A stretch of DNA of 37,095 bases from Perkinsus chesapeaki ATCC PRA-425 (GCA_013115145.1 JAAPAO010000354.1:1-37095), one strand, 5' to 3'; positions 12,228-22,598 are shown, numbered from the stretch's first letter. The notes: a model not told the origin generated them from the letters alone. A program made the numbers and translations.

Positions 12228-13334
12228 ATGCGCCCTCCGAGCAAGAAAGGGAAGCATCTCTCCGGGATGGGAGGTAATGCTATTCCTCTCGGCCGCATGC
12301 GGACCTTCAATACCCCAACACCGTCACCGGACTCATCTCCGGAGACTCAGAACTCCGAGGCTACCCCGAGGCCAGTGGGGCCGCCGCCTGTTGTGGGCGG
12401 TCGTGGGCGAGGGCTCACCATGCCGGCTTGGATGAAGAATCAGAGTGGCGCTGGAGAGTCCCCGGGGGGACTGCCGGCGGCTGCTACGGAGAGCTCGAGA
12501 GAGAGTGAGAGATCTGGGGAAGATAGGCATCATCGAAGCAGCTCTCGGGGGTGGTCGAAGGAAGATTCTTCCCGAGGTTGGAGCGACTCTGCTGCATCCA
12601 GGGGATGGGATGATTCCAGTCGTGACCGTCGCGATAGAAGGGACAGAGACCATCATCACCACCATCGTGACCGTGACCGGGATTACAGAAGGGATCGAGA
12701 TAGGGATAGGAGCGGTAGGAGAAGAGGAAGCGGCAGGGATAGCAGATCCCGGAGCAGAAGTCGAAGGGACAGGAGAGATGATAGGGACCGTCGAGGCAGT
12801 TATCAGTCGACCACAGCCCCGCCACAGCCATTTGATCCTACTTCACGAAGGGGAGCTGTATCTATTGCAGCAACACTACCGCCACAGCAACAACAACAAC
12901 CAATGGCGTACGGTACTGGTACTGGCGAGCATGCTCCACCGGCACTGCAACGTAACGGCACACCACCTCCGCTGGGGCCTCAGCGGACGATGCAAGGGAA
13001 GGAGGCTGCTACTACAGGCTTTCAAATGAAATTGGGGGGAGGGGCTCCACCACCACCCCAAGCACCCCCAGGGCCTAGGAACTCACTGGACCCCGCGGTC
13101 TTCCACGCTCCTCCTCCGCCGCCCGCTGCTGTTCCTGCTGCTGGAGATCAGGCTACATCTCAGAATATGGATCAACAACAATATTGGCAAGTATACCAGT
13201 ACTACCAGCAGTATTATCAACAATACTATCAGTACATGCAACAGCAGGGCATCCCCATACCTCAGCAGCAGCAACCAGGAGGAGCTCCTCCTCCCCTGCC
13301 TCCTCCAACTGGGCCATCGGGTGGTCACCAGTAA
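12228..13334 (+). CDS. Intronless low-complexity protein (RD/RS tract, Pro-rich, Gln/Tyr-rich), possibly RNA-processing related
   Basis: Long ORF 12123-13334. First ATG at 12228 follows TCTCCCTCAG. Contains GRGRGLTMPAWM, RDRDRD/RSRSRS, polyP and QQYWQVYQYYQQYYQQ. Confidence 0.75.
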   Translation: MRPPSKKGKHLSGMGGNAIPLGRMRTFNTPTPSPDSSPETQNSEATPRPVGPPPVVGGRGRGLTMPAWMKNQSGAGESPGGLPAAATESSRESERSGEDRHHRSSSRGWSKEDSSRGWSDSAASRGWDDSSRDRRDRRDRDHHHHHRDRDRDYRRDRDRDRSGRRRGSGRDSRSRSRSRRDRRDDRDRRGSYQSTTAPPQPFDPTSRRGAVSIAATLPPQQQQQPMAYGTGTGEHAPPALQRNGTPPPLGPQRTMQGKEAATTGFQMKLGGGAPPPPQAPPGPRNSLDPAVFHAPPPPPAAVPAAGDQATSQNMDQQQYWQVYQYYQQYYQQYYQYMQQQGIPIPQQQQPGGAPPPLPPPTGPSGGHQ

Positions 13335-13602
13335 GGAGGGGTATGATATTATGTAGACGCTGGTAGCAACAACACCATCACCACCTAGTACAGTTTTCCG
13401 CTTTCCCCTAACCATCTCAGCTGTCCTTGTGTTGCATTTGTCTCTTATCTGGGCATCTGTCAGAATGGATTCATCTTATGTCCTTCGACGCCCCAGGTCC
13501 TACAGTGTGCCTGGTATGCCGTGGATTGCTAATATTAACATAGTGGTAGGCTCTTACTAGTAAGAATCGGCACAGTTAGTTCTTCAGACCCTCCCGGAAG
13601 CT

Positions 13603-14090
13603 ATGACTGCTGTACCCTCACCTGCAGGTAATGAAGGTGCCGATCGGTGTAGTAATTCCAATTCAGCCGTCCACGCCGCTGAAAAGGAAATGGTCCCCCA
13701 AGCTGTCACGCAGGAGAGGTGATACACGGTGCTCATCGTCGTCGTGTGATGGTTCTTGCTGCCTCCTCCAGCCCTCGTTCGTCTGTAGAGGACACCAGCA
13801 GTCAGCAAGTTGCCGAGCACCAAGCTCAAGTGAGACGCGAGTTACATTTGAAGCATCATAAGGTGGCTATTAACGTGCCGATATTGCCAGTAATGGGGAA
13901 CAGTCCCATCGTCCCTGCCAGAGGGAATCCTGTGCTGTCTGGTAATACTAGCCACCTGTGGAGTGATGAGGCGCTTGCAGAAATGGAGGGGTCTATGAGC
14001 CCGACACAAGAGCACCTAAGACAGCTTGACTACTTCAAGTGGCTCAAGAACAACCAGCCTGCTACCGCTCCTTCCTCAGATAGCATGTGA
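13603..14090 (+). CDS. Hypothetical protein (~145 aa, one intron ~13718-13770)
   Basis: MTAVPSPAG..VTQE splices in frame to SPRSSVEDT..EHLRQLDYFKWLKNNQ..SM*. ATG preceded by TTCTTCAG. Confidence 0.55.
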
Positions 14091-14236
14091 CATAGTATTA
14101 GCCGTACCAGGTCTGCTTAGAATAAGGAGGCTACTGCCTTTGTTGATTCAATCATTTAACCGCTCTTTCAAGTACGTGAGTGTTGTATTGAAAGAGATGT
14201 CAATGAGGAGGGTGCAGGAATTGACATTCATTACAA

Positions 14237-14997
14237 ATGGCGGCGGAGAAACACCAAGTGAAGTTCAACAGTACGTGGGCTAACGAGCCTCCCAGTGAGG
14301 CAGAGAAAGCCAAGGTGCTGCTGGAGCTGTCCAATAGGGGACCGCTAAGGTTGCTGCGATTAGGTTAAGTCGGAAAGGTCTCTGATGAGAGCGGTGCTGG
14401 CTGCTGATAAGATAGCGGTCGAGGCGGCTCTGGAGGAGCTACCGCGGAATGGTGGAGACATAAACGCTGAAGGCTCAGGAGGTGAGTGAAGAAGTCCGAA
14501 GGGGAAGTTGGATGGTTTGGCAGGGTGCACGGTACTGCATGCAGCAGCGTCGCTGCCTGATGAGGAGACATCACTTTTCTTCTGTGGTTTGCTGTTGGAT
14601 CATGATGCCGATATCGAGGCGGAAAACAGTCTAAGTAGTATAAGGGGAAGGAGTGGTAGCTTCACGTCCGACGCCCGAGGGCTTGGTCATACGCCAAGTA
14701 ACCGAGGTTACTAATGGGAGCTAGCGGTTGAAGCGGCAACTTGTAAAGGGTGCAAAGAGGAGAAGTGATTGCCACCATTCAGATTTCACTCCCTTAATGA
14801 CGGCATGCTTGGCCGGCAACTCCAAAGTAGTCAGCTTCTTTCTGGAGAAGGGAGCCAATCCGAATGTTAGCAGTAGGAAAGGTCAGATGCCACTGGCTAT
14901 AGCGGAGGAAGCAGGTAGGAGCGTATGACCCCCATGGGACATGCCTGCTGCTTTAGGGCACCAGGCGGTGATTGAAGTCCTTCAGGCTGCATTTTAG
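14237..14997 (+). CDS. Ankyrin-repeat protein, multi-exon
   Basis: GGDINAEGSGGCTVLHAAA..LLLDHDADIEAEN, FTPLMTACLAGNSKVVSFFLEKGANPN..GQMPLAIAEEAGHQAVIEVL. Confidence 0.85.
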
Positions 14998-15081
14998 ATC
15001 GACGGTATTGTTAGCATTCCACACCAATTCAAACTCTATTCATCATCATCTGAGGACGCTGTTGAGTTGGGCTAGTAACAT

Positions 15082-16360
15082 ATGGGGGGACGGGGAGTTC
15101 ATCGAACTTTGGACCTATTAATGGACATCTCCGGTCCATCTATCTCTCAGCTACGAAGGCGCATTGAGGATCTCGACAAAAAGCATGGGGAACGGTTAAT
15201 TAAAGACCAGGCAAAGTAATAAGGGGATCTCTGGAATCACTGAACTTTACTCGTAGAAAGGGGGACTAACGCGTTTAGTAGCGATGCTGGGTATGGTGCA
15301 GGGAGCAGCCGGCAGGGATCCGCGAGGGATATCCGAGAGCTCCAGAGCCTCCGGGATTCGCCAGCAGCGACTTCTCGTGGGGCGCTGCTGCCGAAGATTC
15401 AGACGTGCAAGGTCGGATTAGAGCCCTTTCTGCGGACTGTAACAAACTGCGGCGCTATTTGGCCATCATAGCCGAGCAGGAAAGAGGAGCGCCCAAAGCC
15501 CGAGTGAGCCTTTAAAGGCTGCGTGAGCTTTAGTATGGCCGCCTTATATGTAATATAGGTACCGCTGGAAGTCTCCATAGAGGATAGAGTTCTGAGGGAA
15601 CAAAGGAAGCTCCTTCGTGGGGAGCTAGGCAAACTGGAAGAAACTCTTAAGGAGCATCTTAGTGAGGGACACCAATGGGCAGATAAGGCAGAGCTGGCAC
15701 AAAGTAAGTGTGGCGGGGACGGCCAGCTACAGCCTTTCACCATTTCCCCTCTGCCACCTAGTTTCTAGTCCGTTCAGCAGCGTAATCCTGTTATGGGTCA
15801 ACGCAGTCCATCAGGCATAGTCGTAGAGCTCGAGCATCGTATAGCAAGTCATCAACTGGTGAGCCTCTCATCGAGCGACGAGGAGGATGCTCGACTCGAT
15901 CGTGAAGCACTGCTCTCTGAGAGAGATCACCAAGTATGCACTCTCATTACCTCAGCCGCTCCTTTGCCCCCCAGGCACTTGTCGCTGCTGCAGCCGAGGA
16001 ACGCATGCTACTGGCCACGCAGGCTTGTCGAGAGGTACAAGATCGGATAGCTGTGAGTATATACATTGAGTCTTGATATAAATAGCTTTTGGCAAGTCAC
16101 TTAAATCCTGGCTTAGAGGCAATAAGCCACGGTCTCCGTCTTATAGGGGGCTGAAGCTTGATATAGACAAACAACTAGTGGAGGAGCTTCTGAGAGTATG
16201 TACTTTCCGAGCCTAGCGCCCTTACAGTATCCTTCAAGGCACGTTGCCAGCAGCTGGCTACAGAGAGGGGAAAGGTATTGCTTTAGAGCTTCACCTGCGA
16301 ACCAAACAAGTCTTGAAGGGTTTCCTGGAGACACTCAGCTCACAGGCCACGGTGAAGTGT
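15082..16360 (+). CDS. Coiled-coil hypothetical protein, multi-exon (3' end approximate)
   Basis: Phase-consistent exons: ISQLRRRIEDLDKK, GRIRALSADCNKLRRYLAIIAEQE, LREQRKLLRGELGKLEETLKE, AEERMLLATQACREVQDRI, LDIDKQLVEELLR. Confidence 0.6.
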
Positions 16361-16508
16361 AACAGCATGCATTATTTCCTGTACATTACTAAGAGCCGTT
16401 TTCACTTATATCCCACTGTTTGCGTTACTGTGGGATTATCCCGTGGAACTGATTTCTTTCTTGAACAAGCGAGTAGTACTGAGCTTGACCGCAGTTACTC
16501 TAGTTTCG

Positions 16509-17945
16509 ATGCCACCTCCATCAGGTGTGTCGGCACACATGCCCCCCTCTAGTGGTGAATTTCTGAGCCTCCTTGGTATGAGCTCTAAGACTATCCTAGA
16601 TGACGGAGAGAGACCTTGCCAGGGCACTCTCCGCTGGTCTCGGAATGACGACCAAATATACGAGGGCGTGGATTTAGTGATCGGCCGTGATGGGTTTGCG
16701 GTGAGAGAGATCGCCGTTGATGGGGACTCCCCTATTGAGATTGAAAGGTCCCTTCGAAGCTACGTCTCCACCAAGCAACTTGGTACGCATCTTCTGAACT
16801 GTCCCTACGTCCAATTAACCATCCACAAGTACCTCATGGAGACGCAGAAAGTAATCGATCTACTTGCGTATCATTCCGAGTGCGAGCCTGGAGAAATCGG
16901 GTATGCTGGTCGGAAAGATAAGCACGGTGACACGACTCAGAGGATTACGATGCCCCAAGAGGCCTTTTTAAGGTTCTTCCGGAAGCACCGTCATTTAAAA
17001 CTTCCTTTCCGGATTGGGGACCCTGTTGGGGTGGATAGGCAACTAAAACTGGGCGATCTAAGCGGAAACTACTTTCGGTTGGTCTTGTGCGGTGACCCTA
17101 GAACTATCGACAGTACAGATCACGACTTTGCTCTTCAGAAGATAGCTGATGATGGATTCCTCAATTATTTTGGATCACAAAGGTTTGGTTCGCCGCGCTA
17201 CATGACACCAGTGGTCGGATGGCACCTTAACAGAGGGGTCGTTGAGGAGGCCGTTATGTCCCTATTGTGTGGTACTGATGATGTCTCGAGGCTATATGTT
17301 GGTGAGAGAATAAAAAAGAAAGATTTCAACTCCCTCCAGAAACTCGTGCCACGCGACGTCTCGTCACGGGATGATACCGATTTAATAGAAGCACTTGTGA
17401 AATATCCGAGGAAATCTTGGAGGTCAAAGATACCCTCGAGTCTATGGACTACTTATAATAACTCCTTCGAGTCACTGCTGTGGAACTACGCTGCCAGCAA
17501 TAGGATAGTATCTCACGGTACCAATACGGCAGTCGGCGATCTGTGGCTCGATGAGGGGAGAGTGCTACTGGCTGATGGCCATAACCTTCCGGATCTTACC
17601 CGAGTCGTTTTGCCGACACCCATTAGGTTTGGTGTTCAGCCTAATAATTCGACTGCTAATTTTATATCGAGTCTGGCTAGCGGGCTCGGGGTGAAGGAAG
17701 ATGTTTTGAAGAACCATGGCAGGTTTCGACCCCTCATCGTGAAACCTACAAATCTCAAGTGGGAGCGGTTGCCTGGAAAGCTTGCGGTGTCATTCATCCT
17801 CCCAACTGGAAGCTTCGCAACCTCCCTCATACGGGAGTGGCTGGGGATGCATTTTTTCCAGCCGGGTGGCGGGCAGGGGTCATGCTGGCTGCCCGATGCA
17901 TGTTTCAGACGGCTTGACGAGATCCGAAATTCCGCCAAGTACTGA
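16509..17945 (+). CDS. PUS7: TruD/PUS7-family pseudouridine synthase, intronless
   Basis: GYAGRKDKHGDTTQRIT (catalytic Asp motif), LGDLSGNYFRLVL, GFLNYFGSQRFG, SLLWN, SFILPTGSFATSLIRE. Confidence 0.9.
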   Translation: MPPPSGVSAHMPPSSGEFLSLLGMSSKTILDDGERPCQGTLRWSRNDDQIYEGVDLVIGRDGFAVREIAVDGDSPIEIERSLRSYVSTKQLGTHLLNCPYVQLTIHKYLMETQKVIDLLAYHSECEPGEIGYAGRKDKHGDTTQRITMPQEAFLRFFRKHRHLKLPFRIGDPVGVDRQLKLGDLSGNYFRLVLCGDPRTIDSTDHDFALQKIADDGFLNYFGSQRFGSPRYMTPVVGWHLNRGVVEEAVMSLLCGTDDVSRLYVGERIKKKDFNSLQKLVPRDVSSRDDTDLIEALVKYPRKSWRSKIPSSLWTTYNNSFESLLWNYAASNRIVSHGTNTAVGDLWLDEGRVLLADGHNLPDLTRVVLPTPIRFGVQPNNSTANFISSLASGLGVKEDVLKNHGRFRPLIVKPTNLKWERLPGKLAVSFILPTGSFATSLIREWLGMHFFQPGGGQGSCWLPDACFRRLDEIRNSAKY

Positions 17946-18249
17946 CGTTTCTGATTCGCTACTGTCTAGTTAATCAATATTCAACCGGGTAGCGGTAAAT
18001 AATGTAGAAATACCGCTCATTTTAGACACCCCTGCTGTCCAATGGAACTCGATGATGCTGCTGTATGTACAGTATGCACCGCACTAGTTTTGTTGTGATT
18101 TTGTTCCAATATAATTGGGCTGAGTCGATTGTCAGTCGGTTTTTGTTTTCATTGTCATATTGTTGGCAAGTTCACATTAGAACGCCGGTGAACGCAAACT
18201 GCAGAGGAACGGACGGAATATATCTCGACTATTCAAAGGAATCCTCCCT

Positions 18250-20135
18250 ATGAGTAACATTCCAGAGCGCTATGTGTGCGATCAGCACGCTGTCAAACGC
18301 GTTTAGTGATCGCGATGCTCTCTTTCGCTTAATCAACGATCAATGATGCCTCTTCGTTGCTCGATACTCTCTTCGTTTATGAGCAATACCGGCAGACTTC
18401 TCAGTTATCGTGTGTTGATGGAGCTACTGAACCATCGTCGGTAATCCGATACTGAAGAGATAAATGGCATCCAATCCATTATCAGAATAATATTATGTAG
18501 AATACTATTCTGCAGTGGATACTTCTCATCGTGGCTCCGTTCTCGGACCATGTCGCTGCCCACCTCTCTTGAGCTTTTGCAACATTTGGAGTGTTCTTTC
18601 TACGCATTGCTCCATGAGCACCAATCGAGACTATATGTCATTGACCCTGCGACGTAGGGCCTACGTTTGAACTCATAAATCATCGCGTCTCGTTCCCCAG
18701 ACCTTCTCTGTGGCTCGAAAATAAAGTTGAATAACAAAGAGACATAGTTTCCAGTCTCGGCGGGAGTTATGGCAAGCGAGCCTGCCTAATGATTGATCTA
18801 AGATTGTGAGTCATTGATATATCTAGCCATCTTGGCTCAAAGTCGTTTCTTTGATTCGATAACCATCGTTGGATTCTCTCCTTCGTTGGTTCCGTTGCCT
18901 GATCCATCGACCTTTCTATACCAGCCGGTTGTGAGTAGCCCAAGTATTGGGACTAGACGCCGACTAGGACTCTCGGACATTGAGAACCATCTCTTTGACG
19001 GCTTCACCCTTCAACAGTTCTCTCCCTGCTACTCTGGATACTTCACAGGGTATCTTTCACACGAGACTCGCTGGTACCATGCACGTGCTCTTGCTGCCAC
19101 AAAGTTATGATCTGCGAGGCGCCTGAGTTGTGAAGAGTTCTGATTTCCTTCGGTCAGATATTAATTATAGCAGGGCGGAACTCAGGCGCCGTTTGAATAT
19201 CGATGTCGACCTGGAGGTCAGAGTGCTGCTTCCATTGCCCAAGATGATCCCCGCGATTCCTTACCGCCTTCTGGCTCGTCGTTCCCCTTCTGCAATAATG
19301 TACCGTCGGCATAAATCATCCGCCGATTTCGCACAGCCTCTTCCTCAACGGCCTCCTTCTCCAATTGGATCTGACTATTCTCCATGCTAAGTCTCCAGAT
19401 CCCCTAGTTAGCTGTAAGCCGGGCTTACTAAGGCCTCCGCCTGTATCCGAGATCCGTCTGCTTTCTCCTCCCGTTTGCTCCTCTCGTGTTTGTCAACTCG
19501 ACACTTATGCCCGAGTGGGGAAAACTGCTTGCAATTTCTTAGTTGGTCTGAAGCTTTTACAAGCAATAATCGATTATGACGCCTATCGCCTGCGTGCGGA
19601 CCAACTCCCAGTGGGAGTCTCCCACGCATGCACATGCTACCTTTCTTTCGGCAATGGAGAGACAGAGTAGCCCAATCTACAAGGACTCTAGTCGAGGAAA
19701 ATAGATGAATACCACAGCTAGTATAACAGTAGCCCTACTGGCACCACTGCGTCATCATAGCAAATAAATAATAACGGAAAATGACCACATAATCATCACT
19801 GAGTGGCCTTTGTGCGGAGGGAGCCATCTTGTGGGGAAATAGTGAACTTCGCGGCGCAAGCGGCGAGCCAGTACAAGCCTCATCCGCGAGCTCTTGTCTA
19901 GAATCGAGGATCATCGGTTTCAACAGCCCTCGTTCGATTTCGAATGTTAATCTGAGGGTTCACCTTAGCTTTGGGCTACGATCGTCACGCTGGTTAGGCT
20001 CGTTAAGATAGATCAGGTAAGGTCGAGATTACAACCGCGTGGGACAGCAAAGCGAGACACAGGTCTGGCGAGTCCTGTCTCCGAGCGCATGCGTGCTGTC
20101 AGCACGGTCCTGGATACTCGCGAAGGCCGTTGCAT
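18250..20135 (-). CDS. Multi-exon hypothetical (helical/coiled-coil) protein; exon structure and 3' end uncertain
   Basis: Minus-strand GT-AG-flanked pieces: MQRPSRVSR.., LTFEIERGLLKPMILDSRQELADEA, QIQLEKEAVEEEAVRNRRMIY, IITLWQQEHVHGRELLKGEAVKEMVLNVRERSMDQATEPTKERIQRW. Confidence 0.5.
18824..18840 (+). other. Exact 17-nt match to the Perkinsus spliced-leader core (TAGCCATCTTGGCTCAA)
   Basis: Sequence ATCTAGCCATCTTGGCTCAAAG versus the known 22-nt SL ACCGTAGCCATCTTGGCTCAAG. Confidence 0.45.
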
Positions 20136-20353
20136 AAGCGAAATAATAAGAAGCTTTATTTAAACGAGGATCGCCCCTAAGATCAGTTTGCCGATACTAA
20201 GACCTCGGATATGTCCCAATCGAGAGAGCCCTAAGGTTGTATGCATCATGTGACGTGGTTCACGTCTCCTCCCGACCGTGACGCGCCGTCGACCTCGCCT
20301 TCCAATTAAAGGCTAAAAAGCCTTGATATTGCAACTTGTAGAATATTGGCTGG
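20136..20353. promoter_or_regulatory. Putative divergent (bidirectional) promoter / strand-switch region
   Basis: ~220-bp gap between a minus-strand ATG (20135) and a plus-strand ATG (20354). Contains CATGTGACGTGG and TCACGTC. Confidence 0.3.
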
Positions 20354-21019
20354 ATGGCGCCACGCTTGCCGTTGGCGAACAAGGATGATCCAGCTGAGGA
20401 CTTCCTGCGTTGGTCCATTAGAACGAAAAGGGTATCGTCAAGTATCTTACGAAGCCCCTTCACCAGAGATTTCATCATACCATTCTTCACGTGCATAGTC
20501 CTGGTTCTAATTCTGGCTTTGGGATTGTGGTGGTATAGGACCGTATGGCCCAAGGTGTTACAGAACGAAGTATTCAAAAACGTTATTTTGGTTGAGAATA
20601 TGGAAGTAAAAAGCCTGTTGACCCGGTGCAGTCGTTATGAGAACGCCATATGTTTCGTTGGAGAGGCAACTTTGCTCATCAAGAGCGAGAGTCCTTTCGC
20701 GGTGGCCTTCGATGGTTTGTCAGGATATCTAACCTTAACGGAGCCTCTCACGCCTCTCGTGAGAGACACTATGGCTGGGCTCATGAGCATAAAATATAAG
20801 CTTACATCTACTGCCTTCTCCACGGCGAGATTCAAGGTCCCATTCGTACTTGAGATGTTCGACGATGGCCTTTATATGGGAATAGTTCGCAACGGGACGA
20901 ATCCAGCTCTGTATTTTTTTTTTCGTCCTGTGTTTTGGGAGAAAGCTTCCTTGAAACCGATAGGTCGATTCGTATTTCGAGATACTCTCTGTTTGACCCA
21001 AACATATCGGGTGCAATAG
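20354..21019 (+). CDS. Type II membrane protein with a LEA_2-like beta-sandwich; C-terminal extent uncertain (coding-like sequence to ~21518)
   Basis: TM helix FIIPFFTCIVLVLILALGLWWY followed by ATLLIKSESPFAVAFDGLSGYLTL, which resembles the LEA_2 strand pattern. Family assignment is inference. Confidence 0.5.
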   Translation: MAPRLPLANKDDPAEDFLRWSIRTKRVSSSILRSPFTRDFIIPFFTCIVLVLILALGLWWYRTVWPKVLQNEVFKNVILVENMEVKSLLTRCSRYENAICFVGEATLLIKSESPFAVAFDGLSGYLTLTEPLTPLVRDTMAGLMSIKYKLTSTAFSTARFKVPFVLEMFDDGLYMGIVRNGTNPALYFFFRPVFWEKASLKPIGRFVFRDTLCLTQTYRVQ

Positions 21020-22060
21020 AAGCACCTCTGTAAGCTCCTTCGAGAGTGCAAATTTCGCTGTTGTCAACTCGGTGATGATACATGCACACTTTGTGATCGG
21101 CCAAAGTTAGCCGATGACAGTTCGCTTTCTCCTCGAACACTTCGATACTATCATGGAGTTATTATATTCCTCTGCCATAATGGATGCTCAGTAGCGCAAC
21201 TAACATTATTTCGTATTCCCTTTCTCGCCTGTTGTGTTCAATCATCAATGGGTCATTGACAATGGCACCTTCGTAAGATATGGCGCCACTGACCTACTCA
21301 CTTCTTCTGTACCAGATTTCACGCTAATCGAAGCTCCCCCTCTCGCAGGTCCACTGCATTCAAGGCGGGAGATGGTGACCGTGAGCGTGCCAGATATACA
21401 GCTACAACGCTGGCTTGGACACTTCTCGGGTACTACCCGAGCAGTCTTCTCGCTTGGGTTCTATGCTTACCTGGCCCAAACCCTCGCCAGTCCGGCATTT
21501 CCACATGACTGTGGGTAACTCTTTACTCAGTCTGAGTACTTCGGTACGCAGTTTCCCCATCGTTGAACGTAGGGCGGTCTTGTCTTGCGGAGGATCCCCG
21601 ATCCGGTGTGGATGATGCTCACAAAGGAGCTCCTAGAGGCGCCGGCATTTTTAAAGTGGTTGCCCACCGCCTGGACCACTGCCTTTTTAAATTGGACCAC
21701 TGCCTCGGTTCTCTAGAAACCCCTTGTGGGCCCAAGCCGTATCCCCCGTGAAAGCTTTGGTTGTCTTATGTTGTTCGGTGCATCTTTTATGCATTAGAGC
21801 ATCTTTCTTTTGCGAAACCGATCGCCTTCACGAGTTATAGACTCACTAGGCATTCCTAAGCTAAGGGAAGCTCCTGGCGCATAAGTCGTAAAATTGGATA
21901 AGTGAGGGAGCGCCAATCATAGTCATTCTAGTGCCCAGTGGACAGTGTCCACGGTAGATAGCCCACTTGCGTCGATGGTATGCCAACTTGAAAAACAACG
22001 AAACAACCGATGGAAACACGGGTTTGAGGATTTTGTAAGGCAGCAGCATAGCTGGCGCAG

Positions 22061-22163
22061 AAGCCCGAGAATTTACTCGTAGATTTCGGAGGTAACCACC
22101 TTGTCGACTTGCTCATTACTCTATAAGTCATCTTAGGGCATGATACTGCTGCTGCCGCGGGAG
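22061..22163 (+). pseudogene. Decayed fragment of a PKA catalytic subunit gene duplicate
   Basis: 22061-22141 matches 27162-27242 (9 mismatches in 81 nt by manual count), including a complete intron. The following ~22 nt resemble 28484-28516. Confidence 0.85.
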
Positions 22164-22598
22164 TATAGAATCACAATCTATTATTAGCGATGTTATGCAA
22201 TGAACGTCCCCCCACTTATGGATCGGTGGAATTGGAGCGAGGACCAAATTACACTGGGTGTTCAGTAAACCTCAGCTGACTCCCAGGAGAGGGATTGGTA
22301 AAATCGTGTTCAATATACTGTAACCTTCTCGGAAGAGCTCCTGTTTAGAGAACAGCCCGACAGCACTACAAAAGATACGTTTGCACGCATGCGCACGTTG
22401 CGGTATCTTGCACACTCGCAATTTTTCTTTGCGCGCAACTTTATTTTTCACTGGTCACAGATTGGCATCATACGTGTTAGCATTCATTCCCTAGACCAAC
22501 CCCCTCTTTGAATTTATTTGAACCTCTCCAGTCTCTCACAACAGACGTATCTCTCTGCACGATCTCCGAGCCAAGGAAGATACTCCCTCAGTTGAGTG

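Noticed and set aside
12175-13415. Multiple overlapping ORFs on both strands
   Set aside because: Shadows of a GC-rich low-complexity CDS.
15209-15256. Possible non-canonical GC donor (CAG|GCAAAG)
   Set aside because: A canonical GT donor a few nt downstream gives a phase-consistent open frame.
19822-19831. Second partial SL match AGCCATCTTG
   Set aside because: Only 10 nt, near chance expectation, and explained by the minus-strand acceptor plus exon start (CAAG|ATGGCT).
21645-21703. Short direct repeats TGGACCACTGCCT and TTTTTAAA
   Set aside because: Two copies only, a local slippage duplication with no array or spacer structure, so not CRISPR-like.
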